Assembly: GCA_964304625.1 (NCBI GenBank)
Contig: OZ199839.1
Location: 11,822,479 to 11,886,478 of the forward strand
Direction: 5' to 3'
Source of the DNA: Kudoa neothunni
Taxonomy: Eukaryota > Animalia > Cnidaria
DNA length: 64,000 bases
Shown piece after piece: positions 25,706-39,986 of this stretch (positions are counted from its first letter, which is position 1; each line of letters begins with the position of its first letter). Both the position numbers and the translations under genes were made by a program. A model generated the notes under the pieces. The model searched no databases. It worked only from the letters and a program-made list of their open reading frames with translations, and was not told the DNA's origin.

Positions 25706-28473
25706 TTATATTGTCTTATAGGCATAGAGAAACCTACAAAAATCAATAGATTCAAAAAATGCATTATCTGATTACCATATCAGAAGAATGACCACCAATA
25801 ACAACGATGTAACTATCAGAAATATTTCTAAAAGGAAATTAGGCATTCAGTAATCTAATTACGAAATACTATTTAAGCCTAAAGGCAATTCATCATTGTA
25901 GAACGCATCACTAAATATTAATTGTAAACTAATGATTAAATATAATTAAAAATAATATAATGTGACTATTTTTATAATTTTAAAAATTTAAGAAAATCTT
26001 TATATATGAAGATTATCGAATACGTATGTATAAATATTGAAGGAATAAACGTAATATTTTGAATCTGTTTGTGGTATTCTGGTCTATAAAATATAAAGGC
26101 TGAATATTTTCTAATATATTCGTTTACATAATATAAGAAGAGCATCGCCCATTTTGATTACAATACTATAATAATAAAAAAATAAATATATAAGTGAATT
26201 TTACTTTATTCGAAGGACACACAATGTTTTTACATAAACTGAAATCCTTATATTCACTCTTACATATACCATCAATGCATATCTAATTTTTTATAAGGTG
26301 TATAATATTGTTGTTTGTACTGTTCCAGATGGACATAATATATTTAGGCATTTGTTTCTATTTTCGCTAGCGTCCACGCATCTATTATTCATACACATCT
26401 AAAAATTAATTAAAATCCTTTATATATCTAATAAAATACTTTATCTGTTCCACAATTTTGACCATTCGGAACAAAACCCAAGAAATTATCTGAAGTTGTC
26501 GGAACTACATACCTATGAATACAAAACGATTGTTTACAATTTATTAATTTAAATTACGGGCAGTAGCCACCTGGATATTTTGTTCCATCAAAAGTAACCA
26601 CGTTCGGCGGGTAAAAACAAGGCAAAAATCCACATAAAGTATTACTAATAAAAAGTAATATTTTTAGTCAGAATATTTATATACAATGATTTCCTGTATT
26701 TCGAACCTAATTCGACTTTGATGTCAGAAGCTAATAACTCATCACATATATGATTATACGTTATTTTTGCTATTGTTGGTTAGATTTTTCTGTGTAAAAC
26801 AATTTTTTACTCGAATTATGCAATTGGATACACTGATGAGTTACATCCGGACATACGCCATTTACACAGTATGACTGTTGAAATATTAATAACTATACAC
26901 AAAATAGTTTTATCTAATTACAGGTCCATTATTCGAACTACAAGGAGTCCCATCAGACTTTTTATTGGATATTGGACACTATTTTCTAAATAACTGAAAT
27001 TTTATTATACAAAATTAATTACAAACGGGCTTTTTCCATCACATGTTTCCCGCATATGACATTCTTCCGTTTCATGGCATATATTACCTTCATTAATCTG
27101 TAGAGAATAAGAAAATATATTTAATTTATTCCAAGAATGTGACTGAAAAGAAATCACTTGACATTGAATACAACATTCTCCTTTGGAGCACTTAGCGGGG
27201 GGTTTAAATTTACAATTCTTATAATCACAACACCTAATTTCACCACTCCGAATACAATTTTCCTCAAAGCCACAGTCACACTCTTCCCCAGGATCCACCA
27301 TACCGTTCCCGCATACTTGAAATGTGGGGTGGTTCACATTGTTCTAATTTATATGGATTATCAGTTATTTTTGTGAAATCATATATACTATCAGGAAATC
27401 ATTTTTGTGGTAATTATCAAAGTGAAATTTCATAAGATCAAATGCTGTTGCACCGAAAGCTGGAGGATAAGGCAAATTGTCTGACCTATAATTATAATAA
27501 ACTTATATAAACCTGAAGTTACGTCATATACGTATACCATTCGAAAGGAGCAGATTGCATGAGACAACCAGGATCTTCTTGGAAGCAATTGCTAACTTTA
27601 GTATAATCAAATTAAAAAATCTAAAATTAATCATTCTTACTGTCGTTTTCAAGATGTATAACCGAGAATAAATGTGCTAATTCATGAGAGAATGTCATGT
27701 GGGCTGGATAAATATCAAAATCATCGTTAACTGGTATCTAATTTAATTTGGTTACTTATCAATTACTATGACAATCAACCTTTATTATAGCTACCCCCAA
27801 AACCGGATTATTTAGAAATTTGCTCAAAGCCAAACCCTTGCTATCTCCAACATTGTGAATATATTCATATCTTTTTCAATTTACACAGGAATAATGCATT
27901 GAAGAATCACATAAAAAGTATATGATATCCTCTGTTAACATAAGATTTTAAAAGAAAATCGCGAAATTGATAGGTCATCTCTCTTAAATTATACACTTTT
28001 TCTTGAAAATTACTTATACCAAAAGACTTTACAATTATTTTAATGTTATGCCATGCATATGACTAAAATATATCCAACGTAAAATTAAATCAATTTTAAT
28101 ACTTGCATGGTTTTAATGACCATATCTCTCATTAGGGTAGGCTTTGTTGAGTCCAGCTTAATCTTTTAAAAATGATCAACTCTTCAGATATAAAAATAAT
28201 CACGGTGCTTTTGGCTTTATGAATGTTTATATGTACGTATCTAGTATTTGTCATTCGTTTAAGATAGTTTGGGTCGTTCCATAGCTATATCTTAATTATG
28301 TAAAAGTTTAAACATTACTTATACATCACTAGGTTCTATGGTGTTGACAGCACAAGCTAAATCATAAATATAAAAAAATTAAGAAATCCCAAAACTTTAC
28401 TTGTTTTTATTAGAATAGCAATATAAATGAAAATATAAGTTAATATTTTAATTTTTAACGCGTTATCAAACAT
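25706..28473 (-). CDS. ADAM-family metalloprotease-disintegrin, paralog 2 (multi-exon)
   Basis: ATG 28473 with hydrophobic leader ILTYIFIYIAILI; YLKR; HELAHLFSVIH (27654-27686); GCLM Met-turn; same disintegrin/Cys-rich exons as paralog 1; TM IFLIVTSLLLVVILLIW; short tail FLYAYKTI* ending 25706. Confidence 0.88.
26029..27409. repeat. 1381-bp direct repeat, copy B
   Basis: Near-identical to 17783-19163 including introns. ORFs 18759-19091 and 27005-27337 are identical. Confidence 0.97.
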
Positions 28474-30559
28474 TTGGGGATAATTTAATCAGATTACAAT
28501 GTCATAGGTGTTTTAATAGCTAAAGAATATCGGATTAATATTAAATATTATAATACACAGTTACATTCTAATCAATAGGTATTTAATTAAATAATCATAT
28601 ACTTATTTGAATTTATTTAATCATCAAAATTTAACTCTCGTTTTAACTATATATTTAAATATTTAACAGGCCTTATTAAATAAGTTCGTGTTCGTATACT
28701 TATTGAATAATGAATATTAATAATGGAAATTGAGTTCATTAATAATAGTTATAAAATTATCAATACTCAATTTTTGATTGAATAATGGTTTAGTACGTGT
28801 TCTCAATACTTTTTTATTATTGGAAATATAATTTATTCTTTATTGCATACTTTCTAAAAATGATTTAGCGACATATTGCTATCATAATTTACTTTGGCAG
28901 AAATTTAAAAAATTATTTAAATACAACAGATGAGGGTTAATACGTAATCCTATTTGTTACCGAGGAAAAGATGTAAGTTTGCCAATAATGCGTTTAAATT
29001 TCTGTAATTTAATTCAAAAAATTATTTCCAAGCATAAAAACTCAACTAAATTAAGTTTATATATATAAACATAGGTCCCGTGCTCAAGCATGTAGTAAAT
29101 TATATATGAAATGGCACAAAAGCGCATTAACCTCCATTTATCGTATAATTATCTCAATCTCAAATAAATCATTATGTTATAATATTTTTTACTAGATTAT
29201 AATAGGTCAATTTAAAAAATAGTTAAAAATCAAAACATAAAACAAGCGTATAATATTAATTAAACATTATTCATGTAGTTATTTAATGCTTGTATGGACA
29301 TGCAAGATTTATATTTCTCTATATTTAATTTTTCATGTTTTACGTTGATTAATTGGGTTTTAGTTGAAACATGGAAATGTATTTATGCTGAGAAGGTAAC
29401 TTAGATTTAGATAATAATTATTTTAAGATAAATAAAGTGTTAGGAAATTGGTTCTCATTCTTATTAATTGCTCACACAATTAATAAGAATTGCGTAATGG
29501 TTTTAATTGCGCAAACCCCTAAAGTAACTTAATATATTGATGTACTTTATGCGATAAATTTTTCGAAAATTTTAAAGATATACTCAATAAATTAATTTTA
29601 GTTTGACGAACTTTGTATTATGTTCAGCTGTCGTCGGTTCACTTGTTATAAATTGTGTCTTTATGTGCTTCGGATCCTTATTGCCTTGATTTCAGAAGGT
29701 CAGTGTGAGCATGAAGTTAAAAGACATTAATTTTGATATGCCTATAGGAGACCAATTGGAGATATCGGGGGCTAGATCACTCAGACAATTTATAACGCTG
29801 AACAGCATTATGTATGTATTCATTAGGATGTCCCAATCTACCAATGAACAATATTGGAACCCTCGGAACAGGGGGAGCTTTAATTAGGTTCTGTTGAAAC
29901 TTTTAGAACAAAAATAAGGAACTATCGCGCGAGTATCAAAAACGTCCAAAGCCAATGGAATATATTTTTTGAACGAGAGTATAAAACACGTCGAACTTGT
30001 ACAAGATTTTGCTAACCGAATATTATTTCAACTTGAAGCTGAAAGCCCAAACATTACTACAAAGGAAGCAATATTTTTCGTCAAATCAAAATTTGCGGAA
30101 ACGTTGCACATAATGTTACAACCCGTACTACACTTAGATTCTACCGGAAATCCTCTCAGCGTGCAGAAGAGGTTCAAACATGCATAGATATGTATAAGAT
30201 TGACATAAACGATTTAGCCTCATCCATTAATGTCATTACACAAACCTTGTATACAAATCGGCACCAAAAAAAGCTGAATGCTTTACATCAGTAATTCGCT
30301 ACATATTTTACACCCATACTCATATGCTCATTTCCATGATCACTTCTAATTTCGTCTAAGTTCAAATTCAAGTTGATATTTAAAATGAATATTCCTAATT
30401 ATTTCTAAAATGCATCAATTAATAACTAAAAGTTTTAATTAATTTAATTTGATGGATAATTTAAGAAGGACGAATAATTTCTTTTCCAGACTCATGATTC
30501 AACACCTAACGATTGAAGTCTTTATTTATCCCTGCCTAAATATATCATTTTATGTAAAT

Positions 30560-31530
30560 TAGACCTCGAATACCTGGAGTGGACCATTGGGGTCTAGTAG
30601 CGAAAAAACCTTTAATATCTTATCAGTTTTATAAGCTATTAATTTCTAATTATGTGTATTTTATTTTATAAACTTACTAATTAAAATGTTAAAATATTAG
30701 ATTTTCAGACTTTGTAATTTTGTGCATAAACGAAGAAACAAAAAAAATTACGTAAATACCTGATGAGTTGGACCACAGTGATCCACCTGAAACTAATGAT
30801 TTAATCAACCTTTGAAACATTATTATTAAAATTACTGTATTCTAGAAATGACGTTGTATAACCGAATCTGTATATATCTGAATATTTTATAACACATTAT
30901 AATTTAAATTAAGAATATTAAAACGTATAAATGAAATCTATGGTGGGCGGTCCGTCTTATAGAAAATATCTATAATGAGTTCTGATAGAGTAGTTAATTT
31001 TCTTGAAGTTGAAGATGAAAGTGTTGATGATGTATTATTCGAAGAATCAGAATCTGAAGATTTAGATGAAACCATAAATAATCTGGTCAATTATGAGGGT
31101 GATTGTGATGTAAATGACAGCGACGAAAGTAACGAAGATGCTTCAGAAATCTCCTGTGTCGTGTCAAAAGATGGAGAAAATTGACGCATAACTCCAACAA
31201 GAATTGAACGGAGAGTAACACAGCAGAATATATAAAAGGGGAAGCAGAACTTTCAAAAGAAGCAAGACTTACAGGACAAACTCCATTGAGAGCATTTGGA
31301 AATTTCTTGACTTCTTTTATGTTTGATAAGAACATATATTGCACAAATATGTTCATAAAACCAGAAAAACCCAACGTAAAGAAAATTGATTTGGAAGAAC
31401 TCAACATTTATTTGGGTGCAGTCATACTTATCGGAGTGGTGAAAGGGAAGAACGAGAATATTAGAGAGTTCTGGAATGAAAAATCCGGCCTATCATTCGT
31501 AATAAAAAAGATATTCAGAAATCGCTGATA
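30560..31530 (+). mobile_element. piggyBac 5' remnant
   Basis: Acidic N-terminus ORF 30975-31184. IDLEELNIYLGAVILIGVVKGKNENIREFW..RNR matches the piggyBac N-terminal core. TGGACC...TC[CT]A palindromes at ~30580 and ~30769. Limits approximate. Confidence 0.8.
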
Positions 31531-32059
31531 ACAGTGCACCAAAAAATTTTATTAAACAAACCCATTACGTCAGTGTTTACCAACTTTTTTTCAATATCGA
31601 TTCGCCTTTTTCAAAAGTATTGATTAAAAAAAAACTTGTACTGTTGATAACCTTAAATAACACTATCTATCTCATTAAAACTTAAAAGAAATTAATATAT
31701 AATTCTCTTCTTATTAAAATTAAAATGTATTCAATTAAATCTAACTTTATTCATGGAGTGACTTTAAACAATAATATTTTTAGTTATTCATTCCGTCGAA
31801 AACAACATCAAATGAGACTCGTGGTAATCCAACCTTCATTAAGGAAGAATTTCATGTATACGGGGATAATAAATAATATAAATCTAAAATCAATCAATAT
31901 TATATTAGATTTAATAAAAAAAAGGAATACATGATTCTAAATGAGACACGATTGAGATTCAAATCATTCTGATTCTATTCGAATGAAGGTCACGTTAAAT
32001 ATTATTATTAATATAATTAGTCATTTTTTGTTTATTAATGTTCAAGAAATTTAGTAGAG

Positions 32060-35000
32060 AAGACACCAAGCATATATAGTAAGCGAATTAAAAGCTTCAA
32101 AAAGATTCAGAGAGTTGCTAGATATTTATTATTAGAGAAGATTAACGTTGCAAATCCAAGTGAATGATTTGGTCAACAAGCAATTTAATATCCGAGTCAT
32201 AGGAAAAGTATTCCTTGAATTCCATGGGAAACGCGTTCTATGTAAAATTTAGGTATCATAAATAAAAAAATAAAGACCTTTAATTTTAGTATCGTTTCAA
32301 TGGAATCCATCAGTAAGTCATCATCTGGACATTCGCGATAGAGCATGCAGCAAAAATCCATCATCTGGGGCATGAATTCCCGAAGATATGTGTCATCCGG
32401 CTGTGTATAATCCAGAAGATTATCTAGCAAACCAAATGTAAAAATTATTAGTGATTTTGAGAATTTCTTTGGATTGAATTCTATGAGTTTTTTGAATGTT
32501 GGAATAACGGCACAAACCATTCTTTCTTTATACACCCGCAGCATGTTATAGATACATTGTTGAATGGCATCTAAGCGGTTGCCAAAGATGAGCAGTTGAG
32601 AGTCGAATTTTACTTCTAAAATAAATCAATTAAAAAAATTGCTGCAAAAGCACTTACCAATATTGATTGGATCAAAAATGACCTCTTCCATAATGTATAC
32701 AATAGTTTTAATGTCAGCTGAACTCAGTGCATCATCAAAATTAGGTATGGATATAAATTTGGAGAAAATATATGCCATATCGTTGAATTCTGTAATCGAA
32801 CAATTTTTAAAAACACTGATAACTGTACTCTTCAAATGCTGGTTCCAGAACTTTTTCGTATTCACAATATCTCCGAAAATAATTCCACATTTAAATAATT
32901 GAAACATGTGTAGGATGATATCAGCGAAAAACATTGGTTCTTTAATGTGTGACATCATTTGGTTTAGCGTATATAGGTAACTTTCATTATAAGGTGAGAA
33001 TTGTTCACCATAGTTTTCAACCAAAACTACTATCAATCCACGTAGAGAAGTTAACTCACAGACATTGTCACAAAAAGCGCAACCCCCAATTCTAAGTTGA
33101 GTGGGAAGTATGGATTTATCTTGTTGATCCTTGTTGTATAGGTCCTGAACGTAATCATTTATCTTGGATAGAATTGTACTGATTGTGGATCCAACTTTTG
33201 GCAAGATATCTGCGAAATGTGTTGTTTTCCGCTTGGCCAAGATGACAATAAGGGGAAAAAAGATTGGCTGAATTGGGAGATAATCTCCTGGTAGGTTGTG
33301 TGAAGAATTAAAGTTGTCCACATATTTTATTATGAGAGAGACAAAGTTATCTGGACCTTCAGATGAATTATATTGTGCAGCTTCACCAATGCAACTAATT
33401 ACACTATGCATCATTGTCTGGTAATCAGGTAAAAAGATTATTCTATCCAACATTTTAAGCAGTTGATGAATCACACCAGGAGAATGCACTTCAGATTGTT
33501 CGAGTAACAAACTGTCAACATAATTGATATTTTTTGTGACTAAGTTCACCATTGGAATTAAATTCTGCTCATCTTCGTCCTTCTCATCCAAACATAGCTT
33601 AGAGAAATCAAAAATCATTTTCAAATAGAGCAGTCTCAAAGTAGTTGGGACGTTTCCGTGATGATCTACTCTCCATATACTAGATATCTTAGCCATAGCT
33701 CGCGTAGCTTCTCCTTTTATGTAACATGAGGTTTGAATGCCCGTATATTTTAAAATAAGAGCCAACGCTTCCCCATGAAGCATACTGAATTCGATATTGT
33801 CAAAAACTTGACATAAAGCTGATGCGGTTTTGACTGATGAACAAAATATAATAGGATTTTCATGGGAAATATACTTCTTCACTATTTCGAACGCTTCATA
33901 CGGATAATGCATTGTTTTATTACCACAACTTCTCACGACAATACGCAATGTATCAATAGCTACAGCAATATGCACCCAATCATTACGTTCCAACAATCGC
34001 AATACTCTCGAAAATAATAGCATATACACGGTTTCTTTTTGTAGCGAATAGGCAATTTGCTTGAGGTTGGAATATGGTGCGAATATATCCGTTGTGAATG
34101 TGTCCACTTCGTACCACAAAAAATCTTCATAAAGCAAATCTGTAATATTCGCATAAAAATCCACCTGTAGACTCAATATAATGTCGAATATAACTGGAAT
34201 GTAGCTGGTACACTTGATATCAATTTGATCGTGTAATTTTGATATAAACGTCTCCATCCAATACAGCAACTCAAACGTAATAAAATGATCAATTTGTTTA
34301 TTCTGCAAAAGCGGAACAATACGTGTTACTACTTTTACAGTATACTTTTTAAACATCCCCCAACACCTTTGAAGTATAACTTGGAAATCGTTCATGAAAT
34401 CATACGAGTAATCTGTATTAACAAAGAAATCCATAGCTTCTAACAAGGGAGGCACCAACTCCGAATAACTGTTTTTGAAGACATTTGATTTGTTATATAT
34501 TAAGATCAGCGAGAGAACATTTGTTGCAAACAACACCACCTAATAATAATCAATGACAAATATCAACATTAGAATTAAGTTCATTAATATAGTTGGAATC
34601 AAAATTTATCCATGTAAAGATTTACGTGAGCGCTTATTTGATAAGTTAATATAAAAATCAATTTATGATATACATGTGGTTTATCTGTTAACTCTCTCAA
34701 GCACCTCATTACGAATTTTCGAAACTGAATAAATTGTTGCTTTCTTTTAGTTCCAAAAATTCTAAGATTGTCACTAATTTTTTACATCAAGCATAATCAA
34801 ATAGAAGTTAAAATAATAAATTACGTGATAAATGAACGAATTAAATCCTTCATAAGCAGGTTGTCATTTTGAACACAATGAATTACCATCTCCGCTACTA
34901 TTTCCCATTTATTGATTCTATCCTTATTAATAAGATCAATGAGGTAGAGGAATGATGAAAGTAATTCTTTTTGAAGAGATCTATTTTCTTCAGATATTAA

Positions 35001-35387
35001 AAGGTGAAAATAAAAGTTTTTTGATTCGCAAATCAATCGTCTTGGGTAATTCTTATTACGGATCCATATGGAATAAATCAGCTTCAACCTGGATAAAGCC
35101 TTCTTTTTAAACTAAATAAGTAAATATAGCGATAGATACTAGTTATTTAATTTTTATTACATTTTCATCTCTTTGAGATGACAAAGCAAAAAGTAACAGT
35201 AACACTTTCTTCTCGCAAGGAATAGAATCTATCACTTCCTATTTTGTTGTTATTTCTATTATTTTATCTATCCAGATACTGCCATTGGTTTTCCGTCTTC
35301 ATACGGAACCTCAAGTTCTAATCCATCAAGCATTGAACAAAAATTCTCAAAACCGATTGATATGTCACAATTATTATCCGATTCCAT
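32060..35387 (-). CDS. Divergent importin-beta family (importin-5/4-like) HEAT-repeat protein, multi-exon; 3' end uncertain
   Basis: ATG 35387, then short exons, then the 637-codon ORF 32626-34539 and 32197-32544. All-helical pattern; DWVHIAVAIDTL..SCG..HENPIIFCSSVKTASALC..IKGEATRAM resembles importin-5 W..RHAAL.AL..EGC / HPRVRYAAC / VQAHA.AAL. Recognised by eye only. Confidence 0.62.
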
Positions 35388-36689
35388 TATGTTACGCCTT
35401 GTCTGCTCAACACTCCCTAGTCAATATTAATAATGTGGAGGGACGAAACAGATCAAAATAGTGATCGATGTCTCGAGTTTTAATAGTTTTCTTTTATCGT
35501 ATAGTTGACACTGAAAATAATTTTTAAGTAAATATTTTCCAATAAATAACAATCCTAAAAAATATTTTGTATAGCGTATTCCCTTTTTACAAAAATACAC
35601 ATTATAAAAATATATTTTCTTTAAATGTTTACTCTTAAATCATTTTCGGCTAACCATTGAAAAACTTTTATCACTTCACTGAATCTTTTATTAAAAATTA
35701 GAATGCTATCCAGATTTTAATTTTTCAATGTTATTGAAGGAATTTTTATTTTATTTTTAAATATGTACATATATTAATAAATAATAAAATTAAATAAGTT
35801 CGAATATAATTTTTAATTACACGTTACCTTACGATCTTATTATGAATATTCCGAAAGCTAAATAAGGAGATAAGTATCAAAAACCGACGTGTTCTTATTC
35901 AAATTAATCACTATTATCACCTTTATTATGTTAAACTTATTTTGGTGAAAATATAGAATAATGGCTTTAATCCAAATCAGCAACCACAATAAAAACCAAA
36001 GCTGTTGATTATTTTAATTTTTTGTATTTACCATTGTTCCATTGCCAGTAGGTTACTTTCGGCACTATTTGTTATCAATATTAGTTGCTGTAATATATTA
36101 TTGAAATAACTGTTGACATCTCGCAGTTATTTCGACAGGCCATACCTTTTAATCGATCTAGTAAAGTGTGCTTTATGTTTCGTAAAATTTGAGTGTTATA
36201 ACCATGATTTTTCATCCATTGTCATATTTTATCCTTAGCAATTGCCTATTATTACTCCATGTCCGTAAGATAAAGTTTACCATACTTTTTTACTAGTATT
36301 GGCTGTTTTATAAATACAACTTGGAAAATAATTTATAGGATGAAATCCACTCGTTCCTATCGTTAAATTCTCAACAAATAGCACACTAAGTTAATTTAAA
36401 AAATGTAGGAACTAATTATAATATTAAATCGGAAAATACAATAATTACTCTGAATTTTAACTTATAGTTATAATTTGTCGTGAGTAAGGATCTATTGTTC
36501 TCGTTCTGTTTCGAACTCAGGGTTTCATTCTATTTTAAAAGACACAACTTCGACAATTTAAACAGGGAAGAATATCTGTTGAAGTAATGATCGCAATCGA
36601 ATACCGCTATCGAGCAAAAATATTAAATTAATTGAAATTGTAAAAAAATAAATAAATTCAGAGAGAAGATTAATTATAATGGTAAATAG

Positions 36690-37550
36690 TCAAAATGGAG
36701 AATGTCACTTGGGTTATGCAACGCAACTTTAATGGATGATCTTGGAATGAGAAGAATTGCGGTCAAGTTTGTTTCACACTTGCTTACAAAACACGGAAAG
36801 TAATACGTGCTGAAATTTCGAGGAATCACTTCCAAAATTATCAGAATGTGATAAACTAATGTCCTCTATCATCGATGGTCAGAGATTAGAAAAAATTAAT
36901 TGATTGCAAGATCAATAATTGAATTTTTGCCAACAACAATCAAATATTCTTAATCTCTGTCAGCGGCGATGAGACGTGGGTCGTGAGTTTACGGCTATGA
37001 CCCAGGAGCCATTTCGCAATTATCTGAGAGGAAGATTCCATCATCCCATTGGACGAGAAACGCGCGGAAAGTCAAAAGTAAAATAAAGGTTTTACTCACC
37101 GCATTTTTTGACATTATGGGAATTGTTCCTTATAAATATGTACCTGAGGGCCAAACAATAACCAGTGAATATTACCTAAATATTTTACGTCGCAGAAAAA
37201 GACCTGAAATGTGGAGCAGCAGTAATTGGATTCGACTTCACGATAACGCGCCTACTCATGCATCCACCATATTCTCTAGATTTGGCACCCTGTGATTTTT
37301 TATTATTCCTGAAAATAGTTTCACTTATGAGGAAGAAGATTTTAATCGATTACGGAAATAAAACAAAAGGCGACGAAGGATTTATTTTCCCTCAAAAAAA
37401 TAGATCTTTCTCAATGTTAAAAAAATTGGAAAAATCGTTTAATAAAATTTATTGATTGAGCAGATGAGCATTTTGAAGAGACATACATTAAATATTTATA
37501 ATTATAGATATTTTTTATTTAAGGAATCTCGATACTTTTTGAACAGACTA
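36690..37550 (+). mobile_element. mariner transposase pseudogene with 3' TIR
   Basis: LGMRRIAVKFVSHLLT, GDETWV..YGYDP, KVLLTAFFD, HDNAPTH and HPPYSLDLAPCDFLLF motifs. TIR-like ATCTCGATACTTTTTGAACAGAC|TA at ~37526-37550. Confidence 0.92.
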
Positions 37551-38106
37551 AGCCATAGTAACTAATGGTTGTACGTGACCTGTTCAGGTTAGGTGAATAA
37601 GTATGTAAACTGTTTTATCATGTTATTAATAATCTGGAATTGTTTAGTACTTTATCATTGTGCGTCCTATTTTTTTAAGAAAAATATATATAGTTGTCGA
37701 GATAATCTAAAACAAAAAATCTGAATTATTATTCAGAAAAATAATTTTATCATGAGGATTAAATTAATTTCATTTGTGGACATTCGAGTGTATTCCGGAC
37801 ATGTGTAATATCAGAATTAACTTTATTTATAACTACAGTACAGCCCCGGACTTTGATCATAATCCGTTCTAGAAGTATGTTCGAATACCGACTTAATCGA
37901 ACTCCGAATCAATTATACTCCCCTAAAATAATGAAAATTAATTTAATCCGTATCACTCATCAAATAAACGACTATTTCTATTCTTATTTATTAAAAACAT
38001 AAGCATGCTATTTATTTATAAAATATAAAAGTACAAATGAGATATACGATGTAACACAAGCTCCGAACTAGGGTTCTAACCTGCGTTATTAGCATTAAAA
38101 GGCGAT

Positions 38107-38459
38107 GGTGAATATTTGCACCAGGGCGTGCAATGAGACTATCGGAGAAAACCCAAGATTGAACTCTTAAAAAGTCCATGGTCGCATAGAAAACAATAAT
38201 ATTATTAAAATAACTCAAATTTTTATTTTAAACGCGTTTTCTAATTATTGTTGTCAATTGGATAGTTCTCAACATCTTCACAACCCTAAGTTAAGAAGTT
38301 TGATCTATTTTTCGAGCGCTCAAAATATCGTTGACTCACAACACCGCTGCTCACATCATGTATTAGTTTATTAGTTGGTTGCGACATCAAACACGTATTA
38401 TTATTTCTTCTGATCAACTGTTTTGTGAGAATTTTACATTTTACAATTTCAGCCTTTAA
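38107..38459 (-). mobile_element. hAT-derived element, copy 2 (inverted, truncated by a piggyBac)
   Basis: Reverse complement of ~46595-46940; terminus ATTTGCACCAGGGCGTGCAATGAGACT. A related opposite end may lie at ~41040-41153. Confidence 0.8.
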
Positions 38460-39986
38460 CCCTCGTGGGTCCAACTGGGTTATTTGTGACCCCAATATCG
38501 ATAGATTGATTTTTTTCGCATATTGAATTAAATGAAAAGTTTCAAAAATTCTGGATTCCTTAAGTACAGCCTATAATCGATAATTATAAAGTTACGAAGA
38601 AAAAAAGTGTATTTACTGATTTGATTCCCTAAGTAAATTGGGGTCCATTTGGACCCCAAACAAGATTGCCATCCTGTTTTCTCATCCGTCGTATAATAAT
38701 TAAATTCCGAACTTCTTCCGTTCTCATAAAACACGTTTATCTTAAGAGAGATAGATTTATTGGAATTTTCTTGTGTCACGTTTATAACAAAAACATCTTC
38801 GGAGTATAATGGGGGTCCAAATGGACCCCAGAATTTTTTTGACATTTTAAAAATATAATATTATTTATATTAATTTTTAAATAGAAAATTGAATTTAAAC
38901 CTATTTTACATACCAAAATCCAACAAATAATTTGGTGCCACGCACGCGTCCATGTGCAAGTTTCTGCTGTGTAAGCATGGATTACTTTTTGAAAATTAGC
39001 GAGGATAGTATTGACACTAATGAAAAAGAAAGACCCAATTTAGTGTATTTGAAAGAGACTATTGGCGATGAGAATGATGAGAATATAGTTTGTGATGAAA
39101 ATAATGGCTCGCTTGTAGACAACAACAACAACGATTTATGGAGTGCAATCAAACCAAAGAAAACCAAGGTGGCGACAGAAAATAAAACGAATTTCCTTCA
39201 AGGTGTGAATATGTACGCCACATAAAGGATCTTTAGTATTGCAGGATGTTTTATCATTTCTTCCCAATGGAAATAGTGGAACGAACAATTAAATATATTA
39301 ATCAGTGCGATAAGAATCATTGTGTAAATAATTGGAGGATGTTTATGTTGATGAAATGCATGGTTTTATTGGATTCTTATTGTACAGAACTATCCATAAG
39401 GATAACCAAGAGCTTATTGATGGAATGTTTAGTTGTGACGAAGGTAGCAGGATATACAAAGATCTTTTTTTCCTTGCACAGATTCAAACAACTAATAAGA
39501 GCGCTCCGCTTTGATAATGCAGAAACTATGGAGGAATGACAATTAAACGATAAATTTTTCCGAATTAGAGAAATATGGGACATTTAGGATAACGTGGCGA
39601 ACAAAAATTATAATCAAGGAGAAAATATATGTCGTGATGATCAATTTGGTTTCTTTAGAGGCAACCGCTCTTTTAGACAATATTTACAATGTAAGCCAAC
39701 AAAATAGGGCGCAATATTGTTCCTTATATATTTTGTGTGCTTGTGGAGTTACTAACAAATTCCAGTATAAGTCATTTTAAAATAATCAGGCGTCCAATTT
39801 ATATAGGAACATTGCATGTAGACACATGCGTTAGGGAAAACAAAACGAAAAAAACATTTCTTCAAATTGTAATTTTGTAGATTGATAGAAAACACTATTA
39901 TTAAATGAAGTCACAAAAAAAACTCTGAGGCCTAAATGGGCCCCAGTTATACTCCAAGAGGGATTGATTAATTGTTCCCTAGAAGG
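38460..39986 (+). mobile_element. piggyBac, internally deleted and decayed
   Basis: TTAA|CCCT at 38456-38463 and AGG|TTAA at 39984-39990. GGGGTCCA..TGGACCCC palindromes at 38640 and 38812. Motifs RFKQLIRALRFDN, IREIWD, FRG..FRQYLQCKPTK. Confidence 0.9.

Noticed and set aside
29700-30190. Possible retroelement gag remnant (ORFs 29705, 29969)
   Set aside because: No diagnostic motif recognised, so it cannot be supported.
36010-36340. Very old piggyBac-like trace on - (TMDE..KRYG)
   Set aside because: Too degenerate to call without an HMM search.
37834-37910. Tigger/pogo-like terminus TACAGTACAGCCCCG
   Set aside because: No matching downstream TIR or transposase found.
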